Below, piece by piece: positions 10,187-18,932 of a DNA stretch of 64,000 nucleotides. The notes beneath the pieces are model-generated. The model saw only the letters and a program-made list of their open reading frames with translations, was not told the DNA's origin and ran no database searches. The position numbers and the translations under genes were made by a program. How positions within the stretch are numbered: position 1 is the first letter of the stretch; each line of letters opens with the position of its first letter. Where the stretch lies: assembly GCA_963791635.1 (NCBI GenBank), contig CAWBTC010000004.1, positions 20,422 to 84,421 of the forward strand, read 5' to 3'. This DNA is from an uncultured Acidimicrobiaceae bacterium. GTDB lineage: Bacteria; Actinomycetota; Acidimicrobiia; Acidimicrobiales; Ilumatobacteraceae.

Positions 10187-11433
10187 CCCTCACCCTCGAA
10201 GACCGCCTGGCTACTGCAGCCGCACAACTCGATCGTCGGATCGAGCAACGCATGACCACCGACGTGGTCGCCGTTCCGATTCGCACCGGCACACCGACGC
10301 GTGCGCTCGCCGTGGTCGCCTGCTCGGCCACACTCGTGATCGGTGGACTCGTGTGGTTGTCCCACGGCGATGTCGATGACCCGACAACAGCGTCGAGCCC
10401 CACCGTCCCTGCTTCAGCCGTGGCAGATCCCACCGACAACACGGTCGTCGACACCACGGCGCTCGATCCGCGCGTCATCGGATGTGGCGTCACTGTCGAC
10501 GACGGCACGATCGTGGCCAGCGCGCTCGATCTGCGCGGTCGGGCGATCGACTTCGTCGTGGTGGATCGACCCGACGTCTTCGCAGAGACCCTCCTCTTCG
10601 ATGGAGGCAAGGAGGGCAGCAGCGGTGGGTGCTCGTACGAACCCCTGTCCGCGGTCCACCCCGGCGGGACGTGGACCTCCGTTGGCTACATGACATCGGC
10701 CCAGGAGACAGAGGCGTACGTCCAGGGACGGCTCCTGCCCGGCGCCGGGCCCCACGACGTCACCCTCTCCACTGGCGATGTGGTGCGCGTGACACCGACT
10801 CCCGATGGATGGTTCGTCACCGTCGCGGTGATCCCGGTCGCAATGCTGAGTGACCTCTTCGTGACCTCGACCGATCCAGTGGCCGACGATGCTCCGCCGG
10901 GTTCGACAGAGGTCGTGGTGCCCGCAGTACCGGTAGCGGACGCAGCACCGCTCGCGATCGGCGAGAGCGTGATGCTCGGTGCGGTTCCTCAGCTCCAGGC
11001 AGGCGGGTTCGTGATCGATGCGAGCGAGTCCCGTCAGGGCGAGTCACACGTCGACGTGGTGAGCCAACTCGGCGCCGCCGGCGAGATCGGTGAGACGGTG
11101 GTGCTGCAGGTGGGCACGAACGGCCCCGTTGCCGCCGAGACCTACGACGCGATCGTGACGGTGCTGGCCGATGTCGACCAGGTGGTGTTCCTCACCGTGC
11201 ACGCCCCCGGCAAGGGCTGGATCGAGTCGAACAACGCACTGATCTACGAGTTGCCCGGGCGATACCCGAACGTGCAGGTGCTGGACTGGGGCGGACTGGT
11301 GGCGAGCGGGCAGGTGCCCGGCCTGGCCGGTGACGGCATCCATCTCGGGTCCGACGCCGCGAAGCAGTTCTACGCGAACTACATCTTCGGGATCCTCGGG
11401 CGCGACGACCTGGTCCAGCCGCTGCCTGTGTGA
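10183..11433 (+). CDS. Membrane-anchored protein, possibly an anti-sigma factor, with a C-terminal SGNH/OafA-C-like domain
   Basis: ATGA overlap with the sigma gene. Single TM helix ALAVVACSATLVIGGLVWL. The C-terminal ~160 aa (GESVMLGA...LQVGTNGP...FLTVHAP...GDGIHL) resemble the SGNH-type domain found at the C-termini of acyltransferases. Confidence 0.6.
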   Translation: MTLTLEDRLATAAAQLDRRIEQRMTTDVVAVPIRTGTPTRALAVVACSATLVIGGLVWLSHGDVDDPTTASSPTVPASAVADPTDNTVVDTTALDPRVIGCGVTVDDGTIVASALDLRGRAIDFVVVDRPDVFAETLLFDGGKEGSSGGCSYEPLSAVHPGGTWTSVGYMTSAQETEAYVQGRLLPGAGPHDVTLSTGDVVRVTPTPDGWFVTVAVIPVAMLSDLFVTSTDPVADDAPPGSTEVVVPAVPVADAAPLAIGESVMLGAVPQLQAGGFVIDASESRQGESHVDVVSQLGAAGEIGETVVLQVGTNGPVAAETYDAIVTVLADVDQVVFLTVHAPGKGWIESNNALIYELPGRYPNVQVLDWGGLVASGQVPGLAGDGIHLGSDAAKQFYANYIFGILGRDDLVQPLPV

Positions 11434-11465
11434 ACCTGCCGCTGACGGGCCCGGCCGGAAAACGA

Positions 11466-11499
11466 CGAAGGGCCCCGCACCTGAGTGCGGGGCCCTTCG
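11466..11499. terminator. Bidirectional intrinsic-terminator hairpin between two convergent genes
   Basis: Perfect 15-bp stem: cgaagggccccgcac (11466-11480) pairs with gtgcggggcccttcg (11485-11499) across the 4-nt loop ctga. It lies between the stop at 11433 (+) and the cspA stop at 11507 (-). Confidence 0.75.
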
Positions 11500-11506
11500 A
11501 AGCGAA

Positions 11507-11707
11507 CTAGATCTTGCGGACCTTCTGGGCTTCGTCGCCCTTCCGGCCCTGAGCGACCTCGAACTCGACGTTGTCGCCTTCGTCGAGTGACTTGTAGCCA
11601 TTGCCTTCGATGTTCGAGAAATGGACGAAAACGTCCGGGCCACCCTCGCGGGAGATGAATCCGAAGCCCTTCTGAGCATTGAAGAACTTCACGGTACCTG
11701 TGGTCAT
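11507..11707 (-). CDS. cspA: Cold-shock protein (CspA family)
   Basis: [51 protein letters not shown] carries the RNP1 motif KGFGFI and the RNP2 motif VFVHF. The start was set at the ATG giving the canonical MTTGTVKFF. Confidence 0.95.
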   Translation of the reverse strand: MTTGTVKFFNAQKGFGFISREGGPDVFVHFSNIEGNGYKSLDEGDNVEFEVAQGRKGDEAQKVRKI

Positions 11708-11837
11708 TACATGTCCTGACTTGAAAAGTGCGCCGCCTCGTTCGACGGTCGCAGTCACCCACCATAACCCTCGCGTGGCCGCGATTGTTCCGAAATGACG
11801 AATACCTGACCCAGGTCACGCTGCGTGACGGACGTCC

Positions 11838-12899
11838 TCACCCCGGATTCGGGCTCACGATGCCTGTTCGTAGGGGTTCCAGGCCCCCTCGGCGTCGGCC
11901 AGGAAGCGCATCGAGTTCGGCACGGAACCGCTCCGGCCCGAGACCACTCTCGCCACGATCCAGCCGCAACGACGGGGTGAGCGCGCCGGGTGCATCGGCT
12001 CGCCAACGGGCCTCGCCGGCCTCTTCGCCGTTCAAGCGATCGGCCAGCAACCGCAGATCAGGGCGCGCCATCACCGGTCGGCTGCGGAACATCACCCAGG
12101 TCTCGTATCGGCACTCCACCTGGCAGCGACTGCCCTGAAGGGTCGCGATCCGCAGTCGATCGGTCACAGCGTTGATCGCGGCGGGATGGAGGGCTTCGGT
12201 GCGCGCGATGGTGAACCGGGTGGTCATCCGTTCTGCCCAGGCCTCTGGCACGGTGACGATCGCGAGGTCGAGTTCGGGTCGCTCCTCCACCGTCACCACA
12301 CCGTGTTCGATCGCGGCCAGGCTTTCGGTGAGATGGGCATCCTCCGCCTCCCACCAGGGTCGCAACGGTTCCGGGGCATCGAGCAGTTCGGTCACTCGGG
12401 GCAGGAGGGCCTCGTACAGCCGGCCGCACTGGTCGTCGTAGTCGCCAAGAAAGGTGGCGGCGTCGAGCGGCGAGCGATCGGGATCGGCCCATGCCGCGAG
12501 CGCGAACGCGATTCGCATCGAGTCGCGATCGACGAACGTCGCGAAGTCGCCGGCGCGGGCGACGTCGATCACCTGATCGCGCCGAGCCAGCGCCCCGACG
12601 GGGTCGACGAGGGTGAAGGCGCTCGTGAGGCCGTCCTGGTCGAAGTGGTTGTTCGACACGATCTCGAGACCGGCGAGCAGCTCAGGTCGATCGAGCGCCC
12701 GGAAGGCGATCTGGGCCGACAGATCGTCGAGCAGATCGACCGGGGTGGGACTGCCGGGCCAATGCGAGAGCGTCAGCACCGTGCCAACGGTCGGTCCGCC
12801 GTCGACCACCACGTTGGGCCTGCCATCGAGGAGGTGGTACGGCACGAAATGCATCGACACCTCGATGACCGTACCGATCGCACCGTGAGGACGCTTCAT
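11838..12899 (-). CDS. Conserved hypothetical protein (~353 aa) with no recognisable family
   Basis: Long ORF with normal amino-acid composition (MKRPHGAIGTVIEVSMHFVPYHLLDGRPNVVVDGG...). The start was set at ATG 12899 so that it does not overlap the divergent ArsR gene. Confidence 0.6.
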   Translation of the reverse strand: MKRPHGAIGTVIEVSMHFVPYHLLDGRPNVVVDGGPTVGTVLTLSHWPGSPTPVDLLDDLSAQIAFRALDRPELLAGLEIVSNNHFDQDGLTSAFTLVDPVGALARRDQVIDVARAGDFATFVDRDSMRIAFALAAWADPDRSPLDAATFLGDYDDQCGRLYEALLPRVTELLDAPEPLRPWWEAEDAHLTESLAAIEHGVVTVEERPELDLAIVTVPEAWAERMTTRFTIARTEALHPAAINAVTDRLRIATLQGSRCQVECRYETWVMFRSRPVMARPDLRLLADRLNGEEAGEARWRADAPGALTPSLRLDRGESGLGPERFRAELDALPGRRRGGLEPLRTGIVSPNPG

Positions 12900-12931
12900 A
12901 TATTCCTTGACAGGAATGTACGCCGGTTGCG

Positions 12932-13312
12932 ATGATCGACGACGTGTTGACGCTCGAGGTGCTCGCCGAACCGAGCCGTCGCCAGATCCTCGACCTGCTC
13001 CTCGAACGCGATCACGCAGTCGGCGAGCTCGTCGAGGCGCTGGCAATGCGCCAGCCCAGCGTCTCCAAACACCTGAAGGTCCTCAGGCAGGCCGGCCTGG
13101 TGACCGTGCGCCCCGAGGCCCAGCGCCGGGTGTACTGCCTGCGCGCCGCTCCGCTCCGCGACCTCGACGAGTGGCTCACCCCGTATCGCCAGGCCTGGGC
13201 CGACCGGCTCGATGCCCTCGAACGCCACCTCGATGCCCTCGACCACCCCCTCGACCCCCTCGAACCGATCCGTACCCACAGCGACACCGACTCCTCGGAG
13301 GACACCGCATGA
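12932..13312 (+). CDS. ArsR/SmtB family transcriptional regulator
   Basis: Winged-HTH signature LAEPSRRQILDLLLERDHAVGELVEALAMRQPSVSKHLKVLRQAGLV. Confidence 0.9.
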   Translation: MIDDVLTLEVLAEPSRRQILDLLLERDHAVGELVEALAMRQPSVSKHLKVLRQAGLVTVRPEAQRRVYCLRAAPLRDLDEWLTPYRQAWADRLDALERHLDALDHPLDPLEPIRTHSDTDSSEDTA

Positions 13313-13839
13313 ACCGTCCACTTCACGCCCCCACCGCCCCGCTGGGGCAGATCCTGCGTGACGCTCAGCGCACGGGTGTGCGCTACGAACGGCGCCTGCG
13401 CCATGCACCGACCCTGGTGTGGTCGGCGATCACCGAACGCGAGCACCTGCACGCCTGGCTGCCGGTCGACATGATCGGCGAGCGAAGCCCGGGAACGCCG
13501 CTCGAGATGCCGTTCTGGCCGGCGGTCGTGGAGCGTTTCGGCATCGAGGATCCGATGACCCGCGGCGAGGTCACGGTGTGGGAACCGATGCACACCTTCG
13601 AGTGGAACTGGGACGGAGACGTCATCCGCTTCGAGCTCACTCCCGGCGACGATGGCGGCACGGTGCTCACCCTCACCGCCTGGCTCGGCCCCGCACCCGT
13701 GGAGAGCTGGCAAGCAGCAGCGGGCTGGCACGTCTGCCTCGACCTGCTCACCGAACTGCTCGACAGCGGCGATGCGCCGGGCCCCGCAGCCGGCGACCCC
13801 GATGCACTCGAAGCGATCTACCGCTCCGCCTTCACCTGA
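13309..13839 (+). CDS. SRPBCC (AHSA1/START-like) domain protein
   Basis: ATGA overlap with the arsR stop. The sequence APTLVWSAITEREHLHAWLP...VWEPMHTFEWNWDGDVIRFELTPGDDGGTVLTLT is typical of the ArsR-associated Aha1-like family. Only the 3' part of ORF 12907..13839 is used. Confidence 0.75.
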   Translation: MNRPLHAPTAPLGQILRDAQRTGVRYERRLRHAPTLVWSAITEREHLHAWLPVDMIGERSPGTPLEMPFWPAVVERFGIEDPMTRGEVTVWEPMHTFEWNWDGDVIRFELTPGDDGGTVLTLTAWLGPAPVESWQAAAGWHVCLDLLTELLDSGDAPGPAAGDPDALEAIYRSAFT

Positions 13840-13860
13840 CCTGCGCTCGGTCCGTGCACC

Positions 13861-13902
13861 TCAGCACCGGTCAGCACCCGGTCAGCACCCGGTCAGCACC
13901 GG
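13861..13902. repeat. Tandem repeat, 10/11-bp unit tcagcacc(c)gg x4
   Basis: Units at 13861-70, 13871-81, 13882-92 and 13893-902. The array ends in the palindrome cagcaccggtgctg. It lies between the convergent SRPBCC gene (stop 13839) and dnaB (stop 13912). Confidence 0.9.
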
Positions 13903-13911
13903 TGCTGTCAG

Positions 13912-15315
13912 TCAGCTGAGACCCTTGGCAGCGTTGTCGAAGCGGGTATAGGCGCCGTTGAACACCAATCGCACCACCCCGGTGGGGCCGGAACGGTGCT
14001 TGGCGATGATCACCTCGGCGAGGCCCTTGTCAGGTGTCTCGCGGTTGTACACCTCGTCGCGATAGAGGAACATCACGATGTCGGCGTCCTGTTCGAGCGA
14101 ACCGGATTCACGGAGGTCGGCGAGCATCGGCCGCTTGTCCGAGCGGGCCTCCAGGTTTCGGCTCAACTGGCTGAGCGCCACGATCGGCACCTCGAGCTCA
14201 CGGGCGAGGATCTTGAGACCTCGGCTGATCTCGCTGACCTCCAGCTGGCGGTTCTCGGAGTTCGAGCCCCCGCTCATGAGCTGGAGGTAGTCGATCACGA
14301 TCAGCGAGAGACCCCCGAATCGTGCCTTCATGCGGCGGGCCTTGGCGCGGATCTCCATGACCGTGACGCGAGGGTTGTCGTCGAGGAACAACGGCACCTC
14401 GAGCCGGTTGATCGCGCGCCCGATCTTGGTCCAGTCGCTGTCGACGAGGCGGCCGGTACGCAGTTTCTGCGAGTCGACCCGCGCCTCGCTCGACAGGATT
14501 CGCTGGGTGAGCTCGGCATGTCCCATTTCGAGCGAGAAGAACAACGCCGGCTTCTTCGCCGTCATCGCGATGTGCGTCGCCATCCCCAACCCGAACGCCG
14601 TCTTTCCCATCGCGGGCCGGGCGCCGACGATGTTGAGGGTGCTGGGTTGGAGTCCGGACATGATCTCGTCGAGATCGTTGAAACCGGTGGCGACGCCGGT
14701 GATGGTGTCGCCACGATCGAAGGTCTCCTGCAGCTTGTCCATCGCGAGCGGGAGGAGGTCGCTGAGTGGTCGAGTGGAGTCGATGACCCGGTCCTCGGCC
14801 ACTTCGAACATCTTCGTCTCGGCCTCGTCGAGCGCCTTCGTGACGTCGTCGGGCTCCATGTAGGCGAGCTCGGCGATCTCGCTCGCCACACTGATCATGC
14901 GTCGCAGCACTGCGGTGTCCTGGACGATCTTGGCGTATCGGTTTGCGTTGGAGATCGCGGGCGTGGCGTTCTGCAGTTCGAGCAAGAACTGTGGCCCACC
15001 GATCTCGTCGAGCAGGCCGCTGCGACGCAGCTCATCCGCGACCGTGACCACGTCGATCGGTTGGCCCGTGGTCATCAGACCGCGCACGGCCGCATAGATG
15101 TGCTGGTGCGCCGGCTTGTAGAAGTGGTCGACCAGCAGTCCGAGCTCGGCGACGTTGCCGACGACGTCTCGCGACAGCAAGAGGGCGCCGAGCAGGCTCT
15201 CCTCGGCATTCAGGTTGTGCGGCGGAACTCGGCCTTCGTTGCGGCGGCCTGGAGCCGGGCGGCGATCGCCGCCGCTGCTGCCGCCACCGTTGCGGTCATC
15301 GTTGCTGAATGCCAT
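13912..15315 (-). CDS. dnaB: Replicative DNA helicase DnaB
   Basis: N-terminus PPHNLNAEESLLGALLLS, Walker A GARPAMGKTAF, and the RecA-like C-terminal domain motifs IVIDYLQLM and SQLSRNLE. Confidence 0.97.
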   Translation of the reverse strand: MAFSNDDRNGGGSSGGDRRPAPGRRNEGRVPPHNLNAEESLLGALLLSRDVVGNVAELGLLVDHFYKPAHQHIYAAVRGLMTTGQPIDVVTVADELRRSGLLDEIGGPQFLLELQNATPAISNANRYAKIVQDTAVLRRMISVASEIAELAYMEPDDVTKALDEAETKMFEVAEDRVIDSTRPLSDLLPLAMDKLQETFDRGDTITGVATGFNDLDEIMSGLQPSTLNIVGARPAMGKTAFGLGMATHIAMTAKKPALFFSLEMGHAELTQRILSSEARVDSQKLRTGRLVDSDWTKIGRAINRLEVPLFLDDNPRVTVMEIRAKARRMKARFGGLSLIVIDYLQLMSGGSNSENRQLEVSEISRGLKILARELEVPIVALSQLSRNLEARSDKRPMLADLRESGSLEQDADIVMFLYRDEVYNRETPDKGLAEVIIAKHRSGPTGVVRLVFNGAYTRFDNAAKGLS

Positions 15316-15603
15316 GGGACCACCACCTTCGTCGGACGACCATGTGGATCGCTAGTACCAACTACCTGTGTCTTTCCTGGGGACAACAATCATCGCCTGT
15401 GGACACCATCGGATCGCGGAGCCATGCCGGGCGCGCCGGAACAGGCGCTGGATGTTGCAGGTGACCAGGGCTCCCACACACGGGGGAGGCTCGATCAAGG
15501 GGGTGTGCATGACCGCTCCGGAGCGGTGCGCAACGTGTGGAAAAGTTGGAAATCCCACGACTGCGCCGAGCGCAGCCAGAGGACTCCGGCACATCGATGA
15601 CAC

Positions 15604-15634
15604 GACGTCGGGTCTCTGGTGGAGACCCGACGTC
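15604..15634 (-). terminator. Perfect 13-bp-stem hairpin downstream of rplI, probably the end of the rpsF-ssb-rpsR-rplI operon
   Basis: gacgtcgggtctc (15604-15616) pairs with gagacccgacgtc (15622-15634) across the loop tggtg, 23 nt after the rplI stop. There is no clear U-tract. Confidence 0.6.
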
Positions 15635-15656
15635 CTGCCGGCGATCTGACCGATCG

Positions 15657-16100
15657 TCAGGCCTTGACGACCTCGACGTTCACGGGGAACTCAACATCGG
15701 AGTGGAGCTTCACGGCCACGCTGTAGGTGCCGAGGGTCTTGATCTGCTCGACGTGCAGCTTCTTGCGGTCGATCGAGATGTTGGCCTGAGCGTGGATCGC
15801 CTGAGCGATGTCACCAGTGGTGACCGAGCCGAAGAGCCTGCCCTCGGACCCAGCCTTGCTGGTGATCGTGATCGTGCGAGCGACCAGCGCCGAGGCGATG
15901 GTCTGGGCCGACTCGCGGTCGGCAGCGTCACGAAGGTCACGGGCTCGGCGCATTGCCTTCGCCTGGCTCACCGCACCATCGGTGGCCACGAGTGCGTGGC
16001 CCTTCGGGAGGAGGTAGTTGCGGGCATGCCCGTCGCTCACCTCGACGATGTCGCCGCGCTTGCCCACGCCGGCCAGGTCGTTGCGGAGGATCACCTTCAT
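15657..16100 (-). CDS. rplI: 50S ribosomal protein L9
   Basis: MKVILRNDLAGVGKRGDIVEVSDGHARNYLLPKGHA is the canonical L9 N-terminus. Confidence 0.97.
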   Translation of the reverse strand: MKVILRNDLAGVGKRGDIVEVSDGHARNYLLPKGHALVATDGAVSQAKAMRRARDLRDAADRESAQTIASALVARTITITSKAGSEGRLFGSVTTGDIAQAIHAQANISIDRKKLHVEQIKTLGTYSVAVKLHSDVEFPVNVEVVKA

Positions 16101-16102
16101 GA

Positions 16103-16533
16103 TCAGGCTCCCACTTCGGTGTCGGCGGTCTCGACGGCGTCGACCTCGATCGCGGAGTCGCCGGTGGTCTCGACGGCTGCGTCCGAATCGGTGGCCGCTG
16201 CCTCCTCGCGCCGAGGACCACGCTCGCGGCGGTCATCGCCGTCACGCGGCGGGCGACCCGCACGAGTCTGAGAGACGCGCTTGGTGTATGGCAGGAGGGC
16301 CATCTCGCGAGCGTTCTTGACCGCGTTGGCGATGTCGCGCTGTTGCTGCACGTCGTTGCCGGTGACCCGACGGTTGCGGATCTTGGAGCGGTCGCTCACG
16401 AAACGCTGCAGGAGGTTGACGTCTTTGTAGTCGACGAACTCCACCTTTTCGGTGACGAGCACGCTGGTCTTCTTCTTGAATTTCTTCGGGTTGGCTTCGC
16501 GGGAGCGCGCGCCTTGTTCTTCTTGCTGGTCAT
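16103..16533 (-). CDS. rpsR: 30S ribosomal protein S18, with an apparent 1-nt frame break in the 5' region and an acidic C-terminal extension
   Basis: Conserved core [54 protein letters not shown]. The in-frame ORF starts only at GTG 16462. Upstream in that same frame lies [10 protein letters not shown] with no start codon, while ATG 16533 in another frame encodes [14 protein letters not shown]. Confidence 0.9.
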
Positions 16534-16626
16534 AGGTCTCTCAGTTCGAAACGATCAGTTGCGGATCAACGGTGTGGATCAACGGTGCGTTGGTCGATGG
16601 GATCTCGATAGGGATCTCGGAGGAGA

Positions 16627-17130
16627 TCAGAACGGCTCTTCGTCGCCGTAGACGGGGTCTGCCGGACGTCCACCACCAGCGTTGGCACCCTGGGAATTGC
16701 CACCCTGGGGGTTGCCGCCGCTCGGGCGACCGCCGCCCTGGCCGCCCTGGCCGCCCTGGCTGCCGTCGGATGTGGTGCGTTGGGTGCGCTCGACCGTGGC
16801 CGTGGCCCAACGAAGACTCGGCCCGATCTCGTCGGCGACGATCTCGACGACGTTGCGCTTCTCGCCCTGCTGGGTCTCGTACTCGCGCTGCTCGAGGCGG
16901 CCGGTGACGATCACCCGGGATCCCTTGGTGAGCGACGCCGCTGCGTTCTCGCCGAGCTGATCCCACGCGCTGACGTTGAAGAACGACACCTTCTCCTGCC
17001 ATTCGCCGTTCTGTTGGTAGCGACGGTTGACGGCGAGGCCGAAGCTGGCAATGCCCTTGCCGCCGGTGGTGAAGCGGAGCTCGGGGTCGCGGGTCAGGTT
17101 TCCGACGATGGTGACGGTGTTGTCGGCCAT
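16627..17130 (-). CDS. ssb: Single-stranded DNA-binding protein
   Basis: MADNTVTIVGNLTRDPELRFTTGGKGIASFGLAVNRRY..., a Gly-rich linker and an acidic C-terminal tip DEEPF. Confidence 0.96.
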   Translation of the reverse strand: MADNTVTIVGNLTRDPELRFTTGGKGIASFGLAVNRRYQQNGEWQEKVSFFNVSAWDQLGENAAASLTKGSRVIVTGRLEQREYETQQGEKRNVVEIVADEIGPSLRWATATVERTQRTTSDGSQGGQGGQGGGRPSGGNPQGGNSQGANAGGGRPADPVYGDEEPF

Positions 17131-17173
17131 GGAGGCCTCCTTCGTGGACGGGGTCCGGTGGGACCAGCGGCTG

Positions 17174-17506
17174 TCAGGCCGCAGCCCCCAACATGCCGCG
17201 GCGCTCCGCCTCGGCATCGGGAAGACGGATGAGCTTGTGGCGGACGATGTCGTCTGCGATGCGGAACGAACGCTCGAGTTCGTCGAGGGCGCCGCCGGTC
17301 GCGAAGAGGTTCATGACGACGTAGTAGCCGTATTCCTTCTTGTTGATCGGATAGGCGTACTGCCGGCGACCCCACCAGTCGGGCTTGCCGTGCACCGAGC
17401 CGCCCGCTGTGGCGATCGAGTCGGTGATCGACTTGATCCACGCCCGGGCGGCGGTGTCTTCGAGGTCACCGTCGATGATGACCATGAGTTCATAGGCACG
17501 CTGCAT
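17174..17506 (-). CDS. rpsF: 30S ribosomal protein S6
   Basis: MQRAYELMVIIDGDLEDT...WGRRQYAYPINKKEYGYYVVMNL. The start was set at ATG 17506. Confidence 0.95.
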   Translation of the reverse strand: MQRAYELMVIIDGDLEDTAARAWIKSITDSIATAGGSVHGKPDWWGRRQYAYPINKKEYGYYVVMNLFATGGALDELERSFRIADDIVRHKLIRLPDAEAERRGMLGAAA

Positions 17507-17662
17507 GCGTGTGGAACCTCCCTTCGGACCCGATGCTGTTCCTGCAGCCCGGGGCCCCGTGATGGGGCAGGGTGAATATGACCCGGTGAGCGTAACGGGT
17601 GATTCGCAACATGGCACCAGTCGACCACAGAGGTGTGACAGGGGGTGCTCGGCGAATCCGGC

Positions 17663-17727
17663 GTGACGAGGTGGTCACGACGCGATCACCAGTTGGTCAC
17701 CAGTTGGTGACAGTGGTCACCAGTTGA
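17663..17727. repeat. Array of six GTGAC/GTCAC cores phased at 11 bp, including the 11-bp unit tcaccagttgg x3
   Basis: Cores start at 17663, 17674, 17685, 17696, 17707 and 17716. Near-perfect units lie at 17686-96, 17697-707 and 17717-27. The array abuts the rhodanese stop (17728) and lies 157-221 nt upstream of the rpsF start. Confidence 0.85.
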
Positions 17728-18222
17728 TCATCCGCTGACCAGGGGCAATCCGGCGGCCTCCCACGCGACCACTCCGCCGTCGAGCTCGATGAGGTTCGCG
17801 AAGCCGAGCCCCACCATCGCGGCCACGGCCTGCGCGCTGCGGTTGCCGGACCGGCAGTAGACCAACACCGGGACGTCGCGGTCGATCGCGATGACATCGT
17901 CGGCGAACGTGGGCGACTGGAAGTCGATCATCACTGCACCCTCGAGGTGGCCGGCGGCGAACTCTTCGGCGGTGCGAACATCGAGCACCACCAGTCCGGC
18001 GGGCGGCGCTCCGAGCAGCGCGTCGGCAGCCGCCGGAGCGACGAGCGAGGGGCTGGCGGCCGAGGGAAGTCCTGCGGCGGTCGCAGTCGGATCGTTCTCG
18101 GCAGTGCCGCCGCTCCCGCCCTCACCGCACGCTACGAGCCCGACGGACGCGACGAGGGCAGCGACGACGAGCGCGCATCGGGCCGGCCGGCGCCTGCGCG
18201 GTCGTACGTGATGGAGTGGCAT
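17728..18222 (-). CDS. Rhodanese-domain sulfurtransferase, probable lipoprotein
   Basis: Lipobox ALVASVGLVAC-G after a basic N-terminus. The rhodanese fold is supported by LVVLDVRTAEEFAAGHLEGAV...VLVYCRSGNRS, which carries the active-site Cys loop. The start could instead be at 18234 or 18246. Confidence 0.85.
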   Translation of the reverse strand: MPLHHVRPRRRRPARCALVVAALVASVGLVACGEGGSGGTAENDPTATAAGLPSAASPSLVAPAAADALLGAPPAGLVVLDVRTAEEFAAGHLEGAVMIDFQSPTFADDVIAIDRDVPVLVYCRSGNRSAQAVAAMVGLGFANLIELDGGVVAWEAAGLPLVSG

Positions 18223-18301
18223 CAACGGGGTCATCCATCCAGTCATACCCCCAGCGGTATGAGCCGCCCAGGGACCTTGGTCACGCAGTACGGTCGCGGG
18301 G

Positions 18302-18874
18302 ATGGATCTCCAGGCATGGCTCCTCGATGCCAACGGCGACCTCCGCCGCCGACTGTTCGGTGCAGTGATCAACCAGGTGCCCACCGAGCGCTGGAGCGAA
18401 CAGGCCGACGGCGGCGGCTCGAGCATCACGTGGCTGCTGCTGCACCTCGCCCGTCACCAGGATCTCGCCCTCACCACGGTGATCCGCAACAAGCCCCCGC
18501 ACTACCTCTCCCGCGCAGCGGCGCTCGGTCTGGCCGACATGCCGACCTCGTCCGGTCTCGGCGAACGCGAGCAGCCGTCCGTGACCGCGCTGGTCAGCCC
18601 TGACGCGCTCGTCGACTACGTGACCGCCACCTTCGACGCCACCGAGCGCTGGCTGAAGAAGCTCTCAGCGATGGCCCTCGTGGTCGTACCCGACACGCCG
18701 CGGCGATTGCAGACCAGAGCGCTGCTCGATCCGGGCGAACTCGACTGGCTGTTCGGCATGTGGAGCGGCCACACCGTCGACTGGTTCATCCAGTGGCCCG
18801 TGCTCGGCCACGCCCAGGGCCACCTGGGTGAGGCGATCGCCGTTCGCAATCGGATGGGCCTCAGCCCGTTCTGA
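18302..18874 (+). CDS. DinB-like (DinB_2 / mycothiol-transferase-type) family protein
   Basis: N-terminal four-helix-bundle pattern ...WSEQADGGGSSITWLLLHLARHQD..., with His residues spaced as in DinB-family metal sites. The assignment is tentative. Confidence 0.5.
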   Translation: MDLQAWLLDANGDLRRRLFGAVINQVPTERWSEQADGGGSSITWLLLHLARHQDLALTTVIRNKPPHYLSRAAALGLADMPTSSGLGEREQPSVTALVSPDALVDYVTATFDATERWLKKLSAMALVVVPDTPRRLQTRALLDPGELDWLFGMWSGHTVDWFIQWPVLGHAQGHLGEAIAVRNRMGLSPF

Positions 18875-18884
18875 TCGCCGGGCC

Positions 18885-18932
18885 GGCCCTGGTTTCAGCC
18901 GGCCCTGGTTTCAGCCGGCCCAGGTTTCAGCC
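18885..18932. repeat. Tandem repeat, 16-bp unit ggccc(t/a)ggtttcagcc x3
   Basis: Units at 18885-900, 18901-16 and 18917-32. The array lies between convergent genes, and the stop (tca 18927-29) of the minus-strand gene sits inside the last unit. Confidence 0.9.
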
